Shown: positions 12,827 through 30,519 of the stretch, in pieces
Numbering within the stretch: position 1 is the first letter of the stretch
How the letters are laid out: each line of letters begins with the position of its first letter
Assembly (NCBI RefSeq): GCF_009914755.1
Contig: NC_060931.1
Reading direction: 5' to 3' (one strand)
DNA: 64,000 nt
From: the human T2T-CHM13v2.0 reference genome, Homo sapiens
Notes under the pieces: generated by a model
Database searches by the model: none
The model's input: only the letters and a program-made list of their open reading frames with translations
What the model was told of the DNA's origin: nothing
Program-made: the position numbers and the translations under genes

Positions 12827-14334
12827 CTATCAAAATAAAGTGAACAGTTAACACATTTTTAGAAAGGTTAGGAGGCTGCATTGTCTTTACCCCATTATAT
12901 ACATGATTAGAGCAATAAAAATAGAAAATTTTAAATGCCTATCTTCTCTTGAACATATATGTTCATTAAATTCTGGTGAAATAAAGGCATGCATAGATTT
13001 ATATCAAACCATCAGGCTTGATAATCCAACACCAACCATCCACTTGAGACTGTCAATTCAGTCTGAACAAATCAGAAGAGCAAATTAGAAATAATCTTTT
13101 TACCATTTCCGGGTCATCTAAATGATCCAGAAAACTGGATAGAGAAAATTATTTAATAATGAGTAACTGATTTAAACACATACTTAGGATTTTGACAAAA
13201 AGATATTTTAAAAAAATATCATTTTAGTTGTCCTGTTTCACAGACTTAAAACACATCAGTACTATAAGACTATTTATAATTATTTCATATTTTAGATTAA
13301 AAATATGTAGTTGGATAATTGGAGATTTAAAAGCAAAACGCAAAACAAAAAATGTCCATGGTTAAGAAAATACTTACTTCACCCTGAAACACAGGATAAA
13401 TTCCCACCTAGTTTAAATCATGTTTTAATGTATGAAAATCAATATAATAATTTGTATTGAATAAAAATCACAAATAAAAACATGGTTTTCAAAGTTGAGG
13501 ATGTAATGCATTGCATTTTCCTAATGTGGAAGCAGTTTATTACTAAAATATTTGCTCTTAAAACAGCTACTGCATAGTCTATGTGAAATAGATAAGTTAC
13601 AAAAATCATTAAAATTATTGGCTCATAATTTCACAGGAGTAGGAGTGATAAAGACGATATGAACCCCCTGCTTCCCTTGGAGATATACAGACACACAAAA
13701 GAGGACTGGAAGAAAATATTGTTTCATCATTGTTATTCAATTTTTAGAATTATTTATCTAGTATCATTCTTAGAGCATCTTCAACTTTTGAACAAAGTTC
13801 ACATTTCCTTTTTCAATTTCTCAAACAGAAGTGAAAGTAATACAAGACACCTTAAAACTCAATCCATGTAACTATAACTTTATAATAAACTGTAATACTT
13901 CCAGGTTTAGTTAAAACATTTTTCCTGTAACTATATAATACAGTGTGAACAAATTTAGAGAAAGTGTGATAGGTGAGAGAAAACTGCATTGATAACCAAT
14001 AGGGTTGCTTTGGTTAGAAACTTCCTATCCAGAAATAGAGCTAAAGATAAATATGTACAAAAGAATGTAACACAGTTGAGACCGAAGAGAACCATCATAT
14101 TGACATGACCATTTTTTTACCTTCCAAGGATACATACATATTTTTAAAAATTCAAGCACTTTACATTCAAAATCAAAAGCATACAAATTCAAATGAATAT
14201 ATTATTTCACATTTCCATAGAATTTTTTAGCCTTTGATTAAAAAATTCCTGCATATTTTTTCATCACTATAGTCTTAGCAAGAGTAACACAAGGAAATAT
14301 TGTACTCAAAAGTGATTTTAAATAGTTTTCTTAC

Positions 14335-14373
14335 GTCACTGTTTCTTTTGCAGTCACAAACTGGACCAGCACA
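14335..14373 (-). CDS. CACNA2D1: CACNA2D1 exon ~31 (39 nt) CAGPVCDCKRNSD
   Basis: cag acceptor, gtaaga donor. Confidence 0.96.
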
Positions 14374-14761
14374 CTGAAAGACAAAAATGCGATTATCACC
14401 TCACTTTTAAAAGTTGGATTTTAATTATATTATTACCATGTTATAATTAGAAATTCTGAAATAATTTATCCAGTAGAAAAATAAGATTAAACAGTCTAGT
14501 CTATAAGAAACAAAAGTTTTATCTTATTAGACAATGTCAATCAATATATAAACTAGCATTGCATGTTATAACCTTGAAATACTTCTATTACATATTGACT
14601 AATTTAAACAAAAAAAGCTTTGAAAAAATAGGAATTCAGAATTCTACTTCAGTGTAGTGGTATTGAGAATGTATTTGCCACTGTATAAGGACCTTATATT
14701 TTTTTCTATTGAATTTTGAAAACATTAAACATAGCATAAGAATTTTTTAAAAATATCTTAC

Positions 14762-14829
14762 CGGATCTCTGATTGAGGTTTTGGTGAAATTCTCTATCCA
14801 GGAATTTACATCAATTTTAATTCCAACAA
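14762..14829 (-). CDS. CACNA2D1: CACNA2D1 exon ~30 (68 nt) [23 protein letters not shown]
   Basis: cag acceptor, gtaaga donor. Confidence 0.97.
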
Positions 14830-15144
14830 CTGAAAAATTAATTTGAATTAATTCAAAGGTATAATTAGATGTAATACAACCTTTGCAATATGACAGTTAT
14901 TTTGATAGCAAGTATCAGACTATAGTTTATTACAGAAGTTTTAGTTTTGTGTTCATTAAGAAATAATGCTAATAGCTCTTAAACTATTACATAAATTGTA
15001 ACATATTCACAAAAGAGTGTATTCATTAGCCACAACCTGACCAATTAACTAATACAATAAGCTAAATAAAAAACAGTAGTGTCAGGAGAGCCTCATAAAC
15101 TTGAGGTCATTCAAACGGTATATTTTAAGATGTTTCCCTAACCC

Positions 15145-15345
15145 CACCAGTGCTTGCAGTAGGTGCTTAATAAATCTTTGCTGAAAGAGTGAACAGATGA
15201 ATGGATGAGTAGGTGGGTTAGTAGGAGAGTGGGTGAATAAATGAATGGCTGAGAGAATAACTGATTTAGTAAGTAATTGAGCAATTGAGTGAATGAAGGA
15301 ATAGGTAAGTGAGTTAGTGAGTAAGTGATGGAGTGAATTCATGTA
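15145..15345 (+). repeat. L2 3' tail with degenerate (TGAA/TGAG)n simple repeat
   Basis: gtaggtgcttaataaat followed by gagtgaa/atgaatg repeats. Confidence 0.7.
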
Positions 15346-16038
15346 ATAGATCCGCTGATGGGGTAAAGCTGTCCTCAGGAGCAGGAAGGCTCAAAATACT
15401 CTCCTTTAAAACTTCAAACACTGAATCATACAATCAAAAAAACTAATAGCTTTTACTTTATTGTATTCACTCACTCTAGCCCACTTCCGATCCTCATTAA
15501 TGCTCACTTTTACTATGTTTGTTTACTTGCCTATTTTTCCAAAAAGTCATTTTTCTATATATTTTATAGCAAGTTTTTAACTGAGCCCTACCTAATTCAC
15601 TTTAACAGACGCCTACTAGAATATAGTATAAATATGCCATATTTATCTTTTCCCTCAGGGCTGGAAACTTAACTTTTTTGTACAAATATGTAACTCCTTG
15701 GCCATATAACTTTGTACGTATTTTAAAGTATTAAGAGAGACTTCTGGAGGTGGGTTGCTAATCCAACATTAAAAATTTTGATTATTATACTAAATTGATT
15801 CCATCAATTTGTGTCAGAGTATAAACATACACACTGTTTTGAAAATTCCTCAAATCTATGTAGTATCAATTTGATTTTATCCCAACTTCAGAGGTAACTA
15901 GTCATATTTTATTTAATTTTTTTAAGTGTGCATGCCTTTATTTTGTTTGACACCTTTTGATGACCTTCTTGATAAACATTGCCAGTTTATAATATAAATG
16001 CCAAGTAACATTTAATTTTGATTGTGTTTTTGTATTTA

Positions 16039-16167
<129 letters not shown>

Positions 16168-16479
16168 CTATCAAGATATATTGAATAATAATATTGATTT
16201 TCCGTCATTAGATACAAATGGATAGTATTTTGCTTAAAAATTCTAGCATCTACAAACTATAAAATGTTTGTGCTCTCCTTCCTCTCTTCTTCCGTTGTAT
16301 ACACTAGGCTAACTGGTATATCCATGAATTGGTTTGTATTAATTGATTCGGGGACATTAATTAGCTTGGTTGCATCTGCTTTCACAACATAATGAATACA
16401 TGCCAAATCTCTACTTCACAACATTTGTTAAAATATTAAGTAGTTCTGCTGAAGTGAAGTGGAAAGATTGATCCTGGAT

Positions 16480-16620
16480 GCATAAAACTGACTTTGTCTT
16501 TTATAAGACGTATGTCACTGGGCAAAACTTTGAAATTCTCTGAACTTGTTTCCCCATTTAGGAAAATGAAGGTAAATACTACCTATGTGCAAAGATGTTC
16601 AGGGATTAAATTACAAGGTT
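16480..16620 (+). mobile_element. MIR remnant
   Basis: ctgggcaaaactttgaaattctctgaacttgtttccccatttaggaaaatgaaggta core. Confidence 0.6.
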
Positions 16621-17008
16621 TTTGGGAAATAAGTCAATAAAATATTTTAAAAGATAAGCTATTATTAATTGTATAATTATATTTTATAATACTGATAAAA
16701 TGTAATTAATCAATGGAATTACTCTATTTAATTCCTTAAATGTTTTTCAATACATTTTCAGTTGTAATATGAGGGATTATCTACATGTGTTTCTATTTCT
16801 TATGCATGCCTAACAGATATGCTATCTCTAAATTACTGGAAGACTGTTTGCTGTGTATGCATTTTGCTTCTTCAACTAAATGATGTTTCTTTTCTATTTT
16901 CCTAATGCCTTGCAAATACTCTATTTTTAATGATGACTATTCTGAGTAGTTAACATAAAATGTAGTGATTTGGGGGGAGAGCAGATAGTAGCAGTAATTT
17001 ATTATTTA

Positions 17009-17182
<174 letters not shown>

Positions 17183-17839
17183 TTAATCTACCTGATAACC
17201 TACTTTATCCTATGTGGACTTGCTGAGCTTTACAGATACGCCTACATCTCAGGTATGTCTAAAGAAGTTAGTGGTAATTGATAGCATAACTGATACTCAT
17301 TACTGAGCAATGCATCAGCATAGCACTAAATTAAGAATCAGAAAAAGCTAACTCCTAGTTTTACTCCGTTGTTTACTAGTCAGGTAACAGGACAAGTAAG
17401 TTAATAGGTCAATTAATGTTAGTAAGCATTGGTGCCTACTCAGCCTACTTCATGGACTGTTACGAAGATAATAGAGATAAGATGCATCAAAGAAGAGTGA
17501 AAGATAATAAAGTGCTACATAAATATTGCTGATTGGTTATAATCATTGTGTTCATTTCACTGGTTTAGCTTGTATCTACAAAGAGAAAAATCTCTTTAAA
17601 CGTCTCTTAAATGTTGTAATAAACATATTTGGCAAGCAAAAACATCATTGAAGAATTTTATAATGTCATTTTTCAGAGAAATAAAATCTTTTAATAATGT
17701 AAATACTGTAAACAATGGCTCCAATGTAATCTAATGGCAATCAGTTTATTTGAAGAATGGCTTCCTTAAGCAGTAATGTACAAATCCTTGGCGCAGTCTT
17801 TTGTAATGTACTTGTTTTTACAGATGTTATTTGAACTTA

Positions 17840-17947
<108 letters not shown>

Positions 17948-18941
17948 CTAAAAAACAAAGTTAGGTGTTGGTGATACAAAGAGAAGTAAGTTTAGGAAGT
18001 AAAGGAAATATATCAATAGATACACAACTATGTTTTAATAATTTAAGTATCTATTAAATTTGTACTTGAAGGATGTTTAAGGAAGACATCTCATAGGAAA
18101 TAATGACTGAGGTGCAGTTTGAACATGGAGTATGAATTGACAGCAATGACACAGAAAGCAGGAAGGTATCACTTGTAGAGAGGAATGTATACATAAGGGA
18201 AAGCTACCAGAGATGGCTGGTGTTTGGTATAGAAAAAAAACGTAAGACAAAAGGAGAGAAACAGTAAGAAGTAAAGTTTCAAGTGCAAGTTTCTCAATGG
18301 TCAGCTAATGAATGATTTTGAATTCCATCTTAGAGAGCTTCACCTGTATCTTGAACTTAGAACTGCATTTTAGGAGTTAGATTCTGGCCAATATGAATTG
18401 TATGGAGAATTGTCTAGAAGCTGCATGTGGAGGAATGGAGAACACTAAAGGCAGAAAAATCAGTTGCTGTGATTTCTTAGAAATGGGATCTTAGGGCCTT
18501 CATTATGAGGTAGAGAAGAAAACATTGCTAGGAGAAATATTTAGCATTTAGTGACTGAAAATGGGGTGGAGAAGAGATTTTAAATAAGAATCATACTCAG
18601 ATTTTCTCAACTGGATGTATGGTAATGCTATTAGAAATCCAAATAAACACTGACTAGAAATCCTACTTTAGCACAAACAGAAACACACAATCATGCCCAT
18701 TTAATTTGGTGTATTCACCCTGAAGTGTATGTGCATGAAAAGTTGAGTAATAGCAGACATTAGTACTGAAAAACACCCACAACTGAAAATGCAAGTTGTC
18801 AACAACTGTATAGTGATTTTCTTGAGAAATATTAAACATTATTAATGAACTGTAAATTTATGAGATTCATACCCAATTTCCACAGGAGAAACTAAATTGA
18901 AATGCAGAATACATATTTTTATTAATAAGAACAAATACTTA

Positions 18942-19046
<105 letters not shown>

Positions 19047-21620
19047 TCATCAGTTACACTCACATTTCTAAAATTATGATGATAATGAAAAATATATTTT
19101 CTATTTCCAAAAGCAATTTAGAGTAGATATTTCTATGAATTTTAAAATATATTCCACATTCATTTTCTTTGTAATTTTAATATTGTTCATCTTGCCTCAC
19201 AGTTTTTCAGGAAATGAATGGATTTAGTAGTAGAAAAATCAATTCTAAATGAGCCAAATTATTTTGTAAACTTTATCAAAATAAGAAATAAGCTATGTTA
19301 AGAAACAGGAAATAGTCCTTCTTTTGTGTTTTTGTTTATTTCTGTATGGTAGCATGGCGATTCCCAACCATCATAATTTTATGACAATTTAATGTATACA
19401 CACATAAAATTTTATATATGTATATAAAATTTATATATATAGAAACAGAACTACCACTGAAATTATCAAGTAAAAACATTCAACAAAAAGTTACTGTCTA
19501 CTTTCACTTTCATTTGTTATAAGAAAAGCTATTTTCATTCTTTTCTATCACAAATATCAAAACATAGGATAATCTTGGAGTAAATAAGACTATGAAAAAT
19601 TCAGTGCCGCATATCGAGGAGCAAGGAATGGAATGAGCATCACAGAGCAGTACAATCCCAAGAATGTTTTTGAAATCTACTGGTATTGGTCAAAGAACCA
19701 ATACCTAAGTAGATAATAGGTTGTCATTTCTAGAATAACTGAAGTGCATATTAGCCCAAGTTTAAAGATAATTGAGGAAACAGGTGATGAGGATCAAAGG
19801 CCAATTATTATGTATTCTTAAACAAAAACCTCTGCCTTCTTCCCATTCTCCTTGTTCCTCTAAACCCATTAAGCTCTGAAATAGCCTAACAGGTACCCTC
19901 TGAAATTGCACATTTACGACAAAATTTGACTTTTTCAGATAAAGAATATATGTTCTTAACATCCTATTACTATACAACATGGTGGTGAGATAGGCTGGAA
20001 ACATTTTTGTTGCTTTTAATTATTTTAAGTTAATATATCTTACACCTGGGATTAAAGGATCAATGTAATCCCTATTTTGGAGTACATTTTAATTCATTCT
20101 AGACACTCTTTTTTACTATATTGTTTTAGAAACTGAATCATTTAAAAAACAGTTCATTTGGAAAGTAAATGTTCTAATTGCCTCCAATCCCTTTAGGTAA
20201 AACAAAATAAATAGATACAGATATAAAAAAGAATGATTCCAATTTTCATGGTGTTCTGAAAAGTTATATGTTAGGAAAAACATTTCTGATAAACTCATTT
20301 TTGCAAGGAATATGAGAGTGTTTCATAATTTTGGTATCCAATTAAAGGAACATTCAACAATCTTATTACAGTTCTCTCTTGGAAATGCCTAGTACTCATT
20401 AATAGGAAATAAACAATGACATAAAATAACATTTCAAAGGCAGTGGCTCAGTCTCAGTGAGCTTGCACTGAGTAGAAAGGTTTGGAATCATCATGTTAAG
20501 ACATGATCAATGTAAACTCTGGCTCCCATGACAGGTTTTCAGAGTGGCTCACTGAAGCCGCTAACTAATCTGTGCTAAAGTGAAGGAGCTAGGAAGTTAT
20601 TTCTTCTCATATGCAATAAATCGAAGTTAAGAGTCAGCTTTAAGAAAGCCTTTGCCTTTTTGATAACTGATAAAGTGCTTTGACCCTTCCTAATAGAAAG
20701 ATAAATAATTGAAAAACAAAAAGAAGGGAGGAGGAGAAGGAAAAGGAGGGAGGGAGGGAGAAGAGAACAAAGAGACTCCTCTTTGAGAGAGAACCAAAAA
20801 AGTCAATTATGTGTACTTATTCTTTTTTCAAATTTTATTTATGAAGATAAATTTTGCCATGAATTTGGTTTTCCTCTTATTTCCCATTTGTACGGTATTT
20901 GTTTTGGTAGTGCTTTTATAATAAATATTTTTAGAAGAAAAAATGATTTAGATTTTTTAATGATTTAAAAGCCAAGAATCCATAATTTTCTATTAAGCTT
21001 AGAGTATGAATGATGCAAATTTACCTGAAAGACAAATATAATGGTTAAAAACTAATTACTAATTTTCTGTTGTCTATTTTAATTTGATTTACCTCATAAA
21101 TGAAAAATTACAGAAGCATAATTTTTTAAGACATAAAGTTAACTTGTGATCAAAATAGAATGTCAGGAAGGAAGAAAATCATTAAGTGATATTTCTTTAT
21201 ACTTCGGTTTTTATTCTACCCATATTAAAACTCATTATATTATTTGAAGCATATAAATAAATTTATAAAAATGTACGTTTTCCTCTACCAGGCAAAATGC
21301 TATAAAAAAACCTTCAAAAGATCATTCAAAATTAAATTTCCTAAATTTGAGAGGAGCTAACATGAGCGTGCCATATTTACGTTTAACCATTTGAAAGAAT
21401 ATATTACCTTGTTTTGAAAATTTGATTTAACTAAATAATGAAATAACATTTCTTTAGTTTGCAAAATTAAGGATCAAATTGTTACATTTTACTATTAAAA
21501 AGTTGTAAAGTAAATAAACAACCAGCACAATATAAAGTAATATGATTATCGTATCCTATGATATACTATAAACCAATAGAACCACACTCAAGCAATCATT
21601 TTGAATTAATGCATACTTAC

Positions 21621-21718
21621 ATGATGGGTTGTTTGGAGTTTTTCTATCAATAAACTCGTTGAAATTTAAAAGAAATTCAGTGTTATTATCCGATATTTTC
21701 AGGTCATTGCAGTAATCT
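21621..21718 (-). CDS. CACNA2D1: CACNA2D1 exon ~25 (98 nt) [32 protein letters not shown]
   Basis: cag acceptor, gtaagt donor; inside ORF 21556..21759. Confidence 0.97.
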
Positions 21719-22035
21719 CTGAAAAAAAAACATTTTGAGATATTAGATATTAAAATCAAAACTTTACAGGGTAATTAAAGGTAGTGAAAACACTATTTTT
21801 TTTTTTATTAGCCACAAGACTTTGCAAACTATTGAGCTTCTTGTTACTTCCATTTCCTCACTTCTATAATGGACCAATACTTTACCAGTAAGTGGTGATT
21901 ATAGGCAATATGAATTAAACGTTTGGCCTTTGGACAGTAGGTGCTCAATAAGTATTAGGTTTTGGTGTAGTTATACTATTATCATTGTATATCTTAGATT
22001 TAGGAGTCTCATATAGCAATTAAAACAGAAATCTT

Positions 22036-22209
22036 GGGGCATCGGGGGCAAGGGGAGGGACAGCATTAGGACAAAAACCTAATGCATGCGGGGTTTAAAA
22101 CCTAGATGACAAGTTGATAGGTGCAGCAAACCAACATGGCACGTGTATACCAATGCAACAAACCTGCACGTTCTGCACATGTATCCCTGAACTTAAAAAA
22201 AAAAAAAAA
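22036..22209 (+). mobile_element. Heavily 5'-truncated L1PA (PA7/8-like) 3' end with poly(A)
   Basis: ttaaaacctagatgac...gataggtgcagcaaacc...aacctgcacgttctgcacatgtatcc + A-tail. Confidence 0.9.
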
Positions 22210-22220
22210 TTGCCTGGAGT

Positions 22221-22440
22221 TACACACATATACAAACACAACTGAGTGGACATAAAGCTAGTGAAATCTGAATAATATCAGTGAATTGTGTTTATGTCAG
22301 TTTCCTGGTTGTGATACTGTGTTAAACTTATACAAGATGTTGCCATTGGAGGAAACTGAGTAAAAGGTATATAGGTTCTCTCTGTATTATTTCTTGCAAC
22401 TGCATGTGAATCTATGACTGTCTGAAAATAAAAATTTAGA
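22221..22440 (+). mobile_element. Old L1MC-like 3' end
   Basis: caagatgttgccattggaggaaactg...tatttcttgcaactgcatgtgaatcta. Confidence 0.75.
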
Positions 22441-22524
22441 CAATAAAAAAGCCCAGAAATCTTAAAGTTCATTACATGTTAATATATTTTAATAAAATAT
22501 TACCATTATTTTAAAAAATATTTT

Positions 22525-23348
22525 AAAAAGTGGCAATGTTTTACATATTTGCAAATTATCTTTAATTCCTGACAAGAGAAGACAAGTATGTCTCTGCAAT
22601 CAATTGCAAGAGTTTGTTTTGGTCTATACAGAAAATTTGTCCTCACAGAGACGAGAGGCTTGTTTTTCTTCAGATATTGCGGCTGTTCTGTTTTTGATAA
22701 CATACTGAAACTTGTTTATTTGTAATTCATTGATGGGTAGTTGTAACATGGAATCTGAAACAATATTAATAGTTTTTTTGCCTTCTGTTACATTAAAATT
22801 CCATATTCTTTCTTATACTTTAAATGAATCTTTTAAGCATCCGTGATTTTGTAAAATCATAAACTGGTTATTTAGAAAATGAGTTGTGTACAACTTCCAA
22901 ATAATGACACATTATACAATATTGAAAATTTACACTCATTATTATCTTCAACTAAGTAAGTATTGGGAATGAATCATGTACATAGTAGTGTATACAACTT
23001 TCCCAAAATTCTAATTTTCGTTGGAAAGCTCAGTTTCTGTCATTGGCAGCAAATACTCTTAGTTGTTTTCTTCGAAGTCAAAAGCTCATCTGATTTATTT
23101 TTGAGAAACTATCTGCTGGCTATCCAAATCTGAATAACCATAGTTCTGTAATTTGTTCTTTCAAGTAATGTTACATTAAAAAAAAAAAGCAGAAAGCACC
23201 TTGTTCACTTCCTAACACAATCATACAGGTCCTTTATTTTTTTGAGACATCCAAGTTACTCTGGGATGCAGTAGCACTTCTAGTTTTATCACATATAATA
23301 TTAAAAGACATGCACTCAAGGGGAAAACTTCAATAAAATTTATAATTC
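22525..23348. mobile_element. Charlie1-like hAT DNA transposon remnant
   Basis: gtggcaatgttttacatatttgcaaat..., cattggcagcaaatact..., aaagacatgcactcaaggg motifs as recalled for Charlie1. Confidence 0.55.
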
Positions 23349-25920
<2,572 letters not shown>

Positions 25921-25933
25921 TTTTTTTTAAAAA

Positions 25934-25944
25934 GTGTGCGTGTG

Positions 25945-25979
<35 letters not shown>

Positions 25980-26012
25980 TGTTCAAAACAGCACATATAT
26001 ATATATATATAT
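25934..26012. repeat. Compound (TG)n(TA)n(CA)n...(TA)n microsatellite
   Basis: directly visible after the L1 tail. Confidence 0.9.
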
Positions 26013-26169
26013 TTATTTATTTATAATCAAGCCCATAAAGGGCTTAACATACGTTAATTGAAGTGGACATTCATTGGCCTGTCCCACAAGCCAAATACTC
26101 TCCCTTCTCAAGTACTTTCTCCTTCCCTAAACACGTAAGTAAATTTCGATCTTCTAGTCAGCTGTATTG

Positions 26170-26500
26170 ATATCATTCAGCTATAAAAAAGTACTGATAC
26201 GTGCAACAACATGGATGAACCTTGAAAACATCATGCTACGTGACATAAGGCAGATACAAATGGTCACATATTGTATTGTTCCATTTATACGACGTGTCTA
26301 GAACAAGCACATGGCCATAAGAGACAGAAAATAGATTAGTGGTTGTTTGGGTCTGGGGAGGGTTGGGGAAGGATGGGTAGGTAACATTTAAGGTTACAGA
26401 TTTTCTCTTTATGATGATGAAAATGTTCTAAAATTAACTCTAGTGATAGTTGTACATATATGTAAATATATTTTAAAAGTTTGAATTGTAAAAAAAAATA
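26170..26500 (+). mobile_element. L1MB-like 3' end
   Basis: acaacatggatgaaccttgaaaacatcatgcta...gagacagaaaatagattagtggttg...gatgaaaatgttctaaaatta. Confidence 0.8.
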
Positions 26501-27351
26501 TGAAATGTGACACTGACTACAGAAATGGTTCATACACTAATACCTGCTGGATTAAACAAAATCCACTGCCTATGAATTAGGAATTAGAATTGAGAGATAT
26601 ATCTATCTTTCTCTATGTATCTGGATTCTACCCTAGTTTCCACCTTGTCTTATAGTGAAGCTGAGAAAGCCAACATGCATAATCTGCTACTTAATAACTG
26701 GGAGAGACAAGGGAAGAAACTGTAGACAACAACACAGACCTGAGATGGAGAGTCTTGCCAACATAGCAGGCCTAATTTCAATCTCTTCCTAAATTGTTTG
26801 CTATGTTAATATTCTGCGGGACCCTGTTTTTGTTGTTTTTGTTTTTTCTAGCTAATGTTCTCCTTAATACTGAGAAAATTCTTTCTAGTTAAAGTGGGTT
26901 AAAGTTGTTCTCAGTAATTCAAAGTAACTTGAAATTAATTAAAGTGACTTGTGTCCAAAAACTACTAATAAGATTGCAAGTATTATTAGTGATACAATTT
27001 TTAAGAATATTCTTTATATATTTACAGATTCTCCAGTCACCAAGTATTTATTCAGCACCTACTGTGTGCCAGCAATGGATTCACTATTGGGTATTGAATG
27101 TTAAGTCAAATAGACACAGTCATGGTCTGTTGAGGAAAGTAAATAAAATGTGGCCAGTGCTCCCCAAGAGAAATAGAGAATTCTATGAAGCAGTCAGGAA
27201 GGATGCGTATACCAGTGAAGAAAGGAAAGAAATCCCCACATTGAGGAATTTTTAAGTTGGGATTTCGGAGGGAGCGGGATGCATATGTATGTGTGTGTAG
27301 TCCAAAAGGGAAAAGAGAATTAATGGAAAAAAGAAGGTAAAACTAAAACCA

Positions 27352-27385
<34 letters not shown>

Positions 27386-27432
27386 AAGTGCATTTAGGAA
27401 CTGAAAGACGTTAGTATGGATGAAATTTAGAG

Positions 27433-27641
27433 TACGGGTAGGGAAACTTTCCCTGACAGGGCCATGTAGCAAGTGATTTAGGCTTTTGTGGCCCATAAAT
27501 TCTATGACACGACTACTCAACCCTGTCTTTGTAGAAAAAGCAGCCAAAGACATTCCAGAAACAAATAAGCATCACTGTGCTCCAACAAAAATTTATGTTT
27601 AAAATTGATAGCTGATCTACAGGATGTAGTTTGATGGTCCG
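27433..27641 (+). mobile_element. MER58A-like hAT-Charlie MITE
   Basis: tttaggcttttgtggcccata...actactcaacc...aaagcagccaaagaca...tgtgctccaacaaaaatttat. Confidence 0.75.
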
Positions 27642-27659
27642 TAGTTTAGAGTGTGGGGG

Positions 27660-28600
27660 ACCACACTGGTACACCAGGACTTGGTGGAAGAGCATTTGAA
27701 AGCTATAATATAAAGCACAGATAATCATAAAGACAATATACAATCACTGGCTCGTATTTAGCAGATGAGAAATATGATTTTTTTCACATTTTAGAAACTC
27801 TCTCTGGTTACAGAACAGAGACAGCATTAAGAAATACAGGGTAAATATGAAAGTAGGGAGATCAAGTAAGAGGCAAATGTAGTAGTTTAGGTGAGAGAAG
27901 GCAGTGACCTGGATTAGGGCAGAGGCAGCTGAGATTGACAGATACACTTGATACTCATACGACAGAACTGGCAAGACTGGTGATTGATTAGAAGTGAGAT
28001 ACAAGAGAAAGGAAGCAGAGAAGGACAACTAACAGGTTTCAAGATTGCTCGTTTGGGAGGATGGCATTTTCTCCTCTGAGGCAACATAGGTAGAACTTTC
28101 CAAAGGAAACAATTATTTATAAGATGCTAAATCTGAAGCACATTGAAGAGATACTCTTGTCTGGTTTCCATGAGATGTGTCTCATATTGAAATATGTAAA
28201 GTCTGGAAATAGATATAATATAGGATTAAATAATATAATGTAATATCAATGAAACACATATGTCTTTGTCTCTAGATATTTATGGCCATCATATAGATTT
28301 GGGAATTATGAACCTAACCTGTAGGCAGAGAACACATGGGTGGCTTGTGGTCTGAATGCAGTCTCAGGTAAAAAGACAGCCTAGGCTAGCATCCTTTGCA
28401 GCCTTCTTATATGAGTGATCAGCAGAAGAAATGAAACTCATGAAAGAGACAGTGAATATGCAGCCAGAGAGGGAGTAAGAAAAACAGAATAGTGTGTCAT
28501 CAAGCAAGAGAAAGCACACTGTCAAAGGACAGCGTGATCAACAGCGTCACACATTAAAGGAAATTCAAGCAAGAGAAGCTTCTCAAGGATACGGGCATTC
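27660..28600 (-). mobile_element. L2 remnants
   Basis: purine-rich antisense L2 pattern (gaaagtagggagatcaagtaagaggc...ggtgagagaagg); boundaries approximate. Confidence 0.5.
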
Positions 28601-29309
28601 AAAAAGCCAAGAATAGGCTTTGTTAACAGAGATTTTTCAAAAAACCCATATTCCCTACGTTAAAGTAGAAACAATTCAGAAATATCCTTTTGCAAGAATT
28701 AAAGGGTAACTCAGAACAATTTATATGCATCTTTGAGTTTTTGGAATAATTTAAGAAAAGTGAAAAATTAACAATCCAAGCTTCTATGTAAATTGTTCCC
28801 AATAATTTGGCCTAGATTAATAGGAATTATATTTGAATATTATATGTGTCTGTCATGGAATAGGAGTCAAAAACTGAGGAAAGAAAGAAGAATAAAGAAC
28901 ACCCTGGGACTACTGAATAGTTTCAAATAATTACAAGAAAACTGAGATGGAGAAAAAGATGTACATGCGTGATGAAGGGAGATTATATGAGAGATAAATA
29001 AAATTGGGTAGAAAGAAATGAGGTGCATCTAAAAAGCTATGTAAAGCAATGCCACTGTAAACATGTTCTCCCAGAAAGTTGAATTAGACCATTAAAAAAA
29101 TCCATTATTATGTTCATTCTACCCCTACGTGTATAGATACACATAAATATTGGTACATATATGTGTATATATGTGTACATATGTGTATATACATATTCAC
29201 AGGTAAAAATACACAATTTTCTATTACTGTTGGAAGCACTGTTTGTTCTACAAGAGCAAAGCCTATGTCCATCTTATTCCCATTGTGTCCCAGAGTCTAC
29301 ATTGCTTAG

Positions 29310-29568
<259 letters not shown>

Positions 29569-29732
29569 CTCGTATTTGAATGAGTAAAGAAATGAATAAA
29601 TAAAGATTTTGTTTCAGTTTTAAAGTAATTATTTCCTTTGATTCCATAATGTGATATGGAACTAACCCAGAGCAGTCTTGACTCAATTCTGAACTACTGT
29701 TGAAGGCCTAGCTACTGATAGAAGATGTATCA

Positions 29733-29834
<102 letters not shown>

Positions 29835-30498
29835 TTAGATAGGTAATTCAGAGTATATATCCAGAGATTCTATAACAATAAGAAGGCATGAGAAAGATTA
29901 CCTAATAAGAAAAATTGAAAATAGAGTACTTACATCCTAAAATTGAAACATATCAATGAATATAAATGTCCTCAATGCTTCCCAAAATAATAAAATTATA
30001 ACATGGATTAACTTCATAACATGGATCCCCACAGTTATTTCAAAGAAAATGCTATGTCTATAATTTTCTGATCTAACCCTACTATAACCGAATATCTTTT
30101 AAAAAGTGATTGATATGAATGTTATACCAGAGGTATTTTAAAGACCAATTATTTATATAAAGTTTACCAATATTATGATCCAGAAAATGATGTTAAAAAA
30201 CTCATTAATGCCTTTAGTGAGTTAATAACATTCCTCATATTAGGTATGAATTAGTAAGTGGAAGGATACAAAACAAAGCTTCTTAAGTCCAAGAAAAAAA
30301 CTTGAATGTGAACCAGCTTGCATATGAAAACACAGCATATTCTTTCTACCATTTTTTTGCTGCTAAGTTTTGAGTGATCATGAAGGAAAATTTAGCAAAT
30401 GAGAAGCACAGAGGATAATATCCAATAGGAAGGAAAATATCAGTGGAAATGTCAAGTGTACTAAACAGAAAGAAGTTGAGCAACAAGAAAATACTTGC

Positions 30499-30519
30499 CC
30501 TTCATTTTGCCCTTTTTTG
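30499..30519 (-). CDS. CACNA2D1: CACNA2D1 alternative microexon ~23 / region C (21 nt) SKKGKMK(D), GC donor
   Basis: cacag|CAAAAAAGGGCAAAATGAAGG|gcaagt; long pyrimidine tract upstream; skipping gives ARYSETL. Confidence 0.93.
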
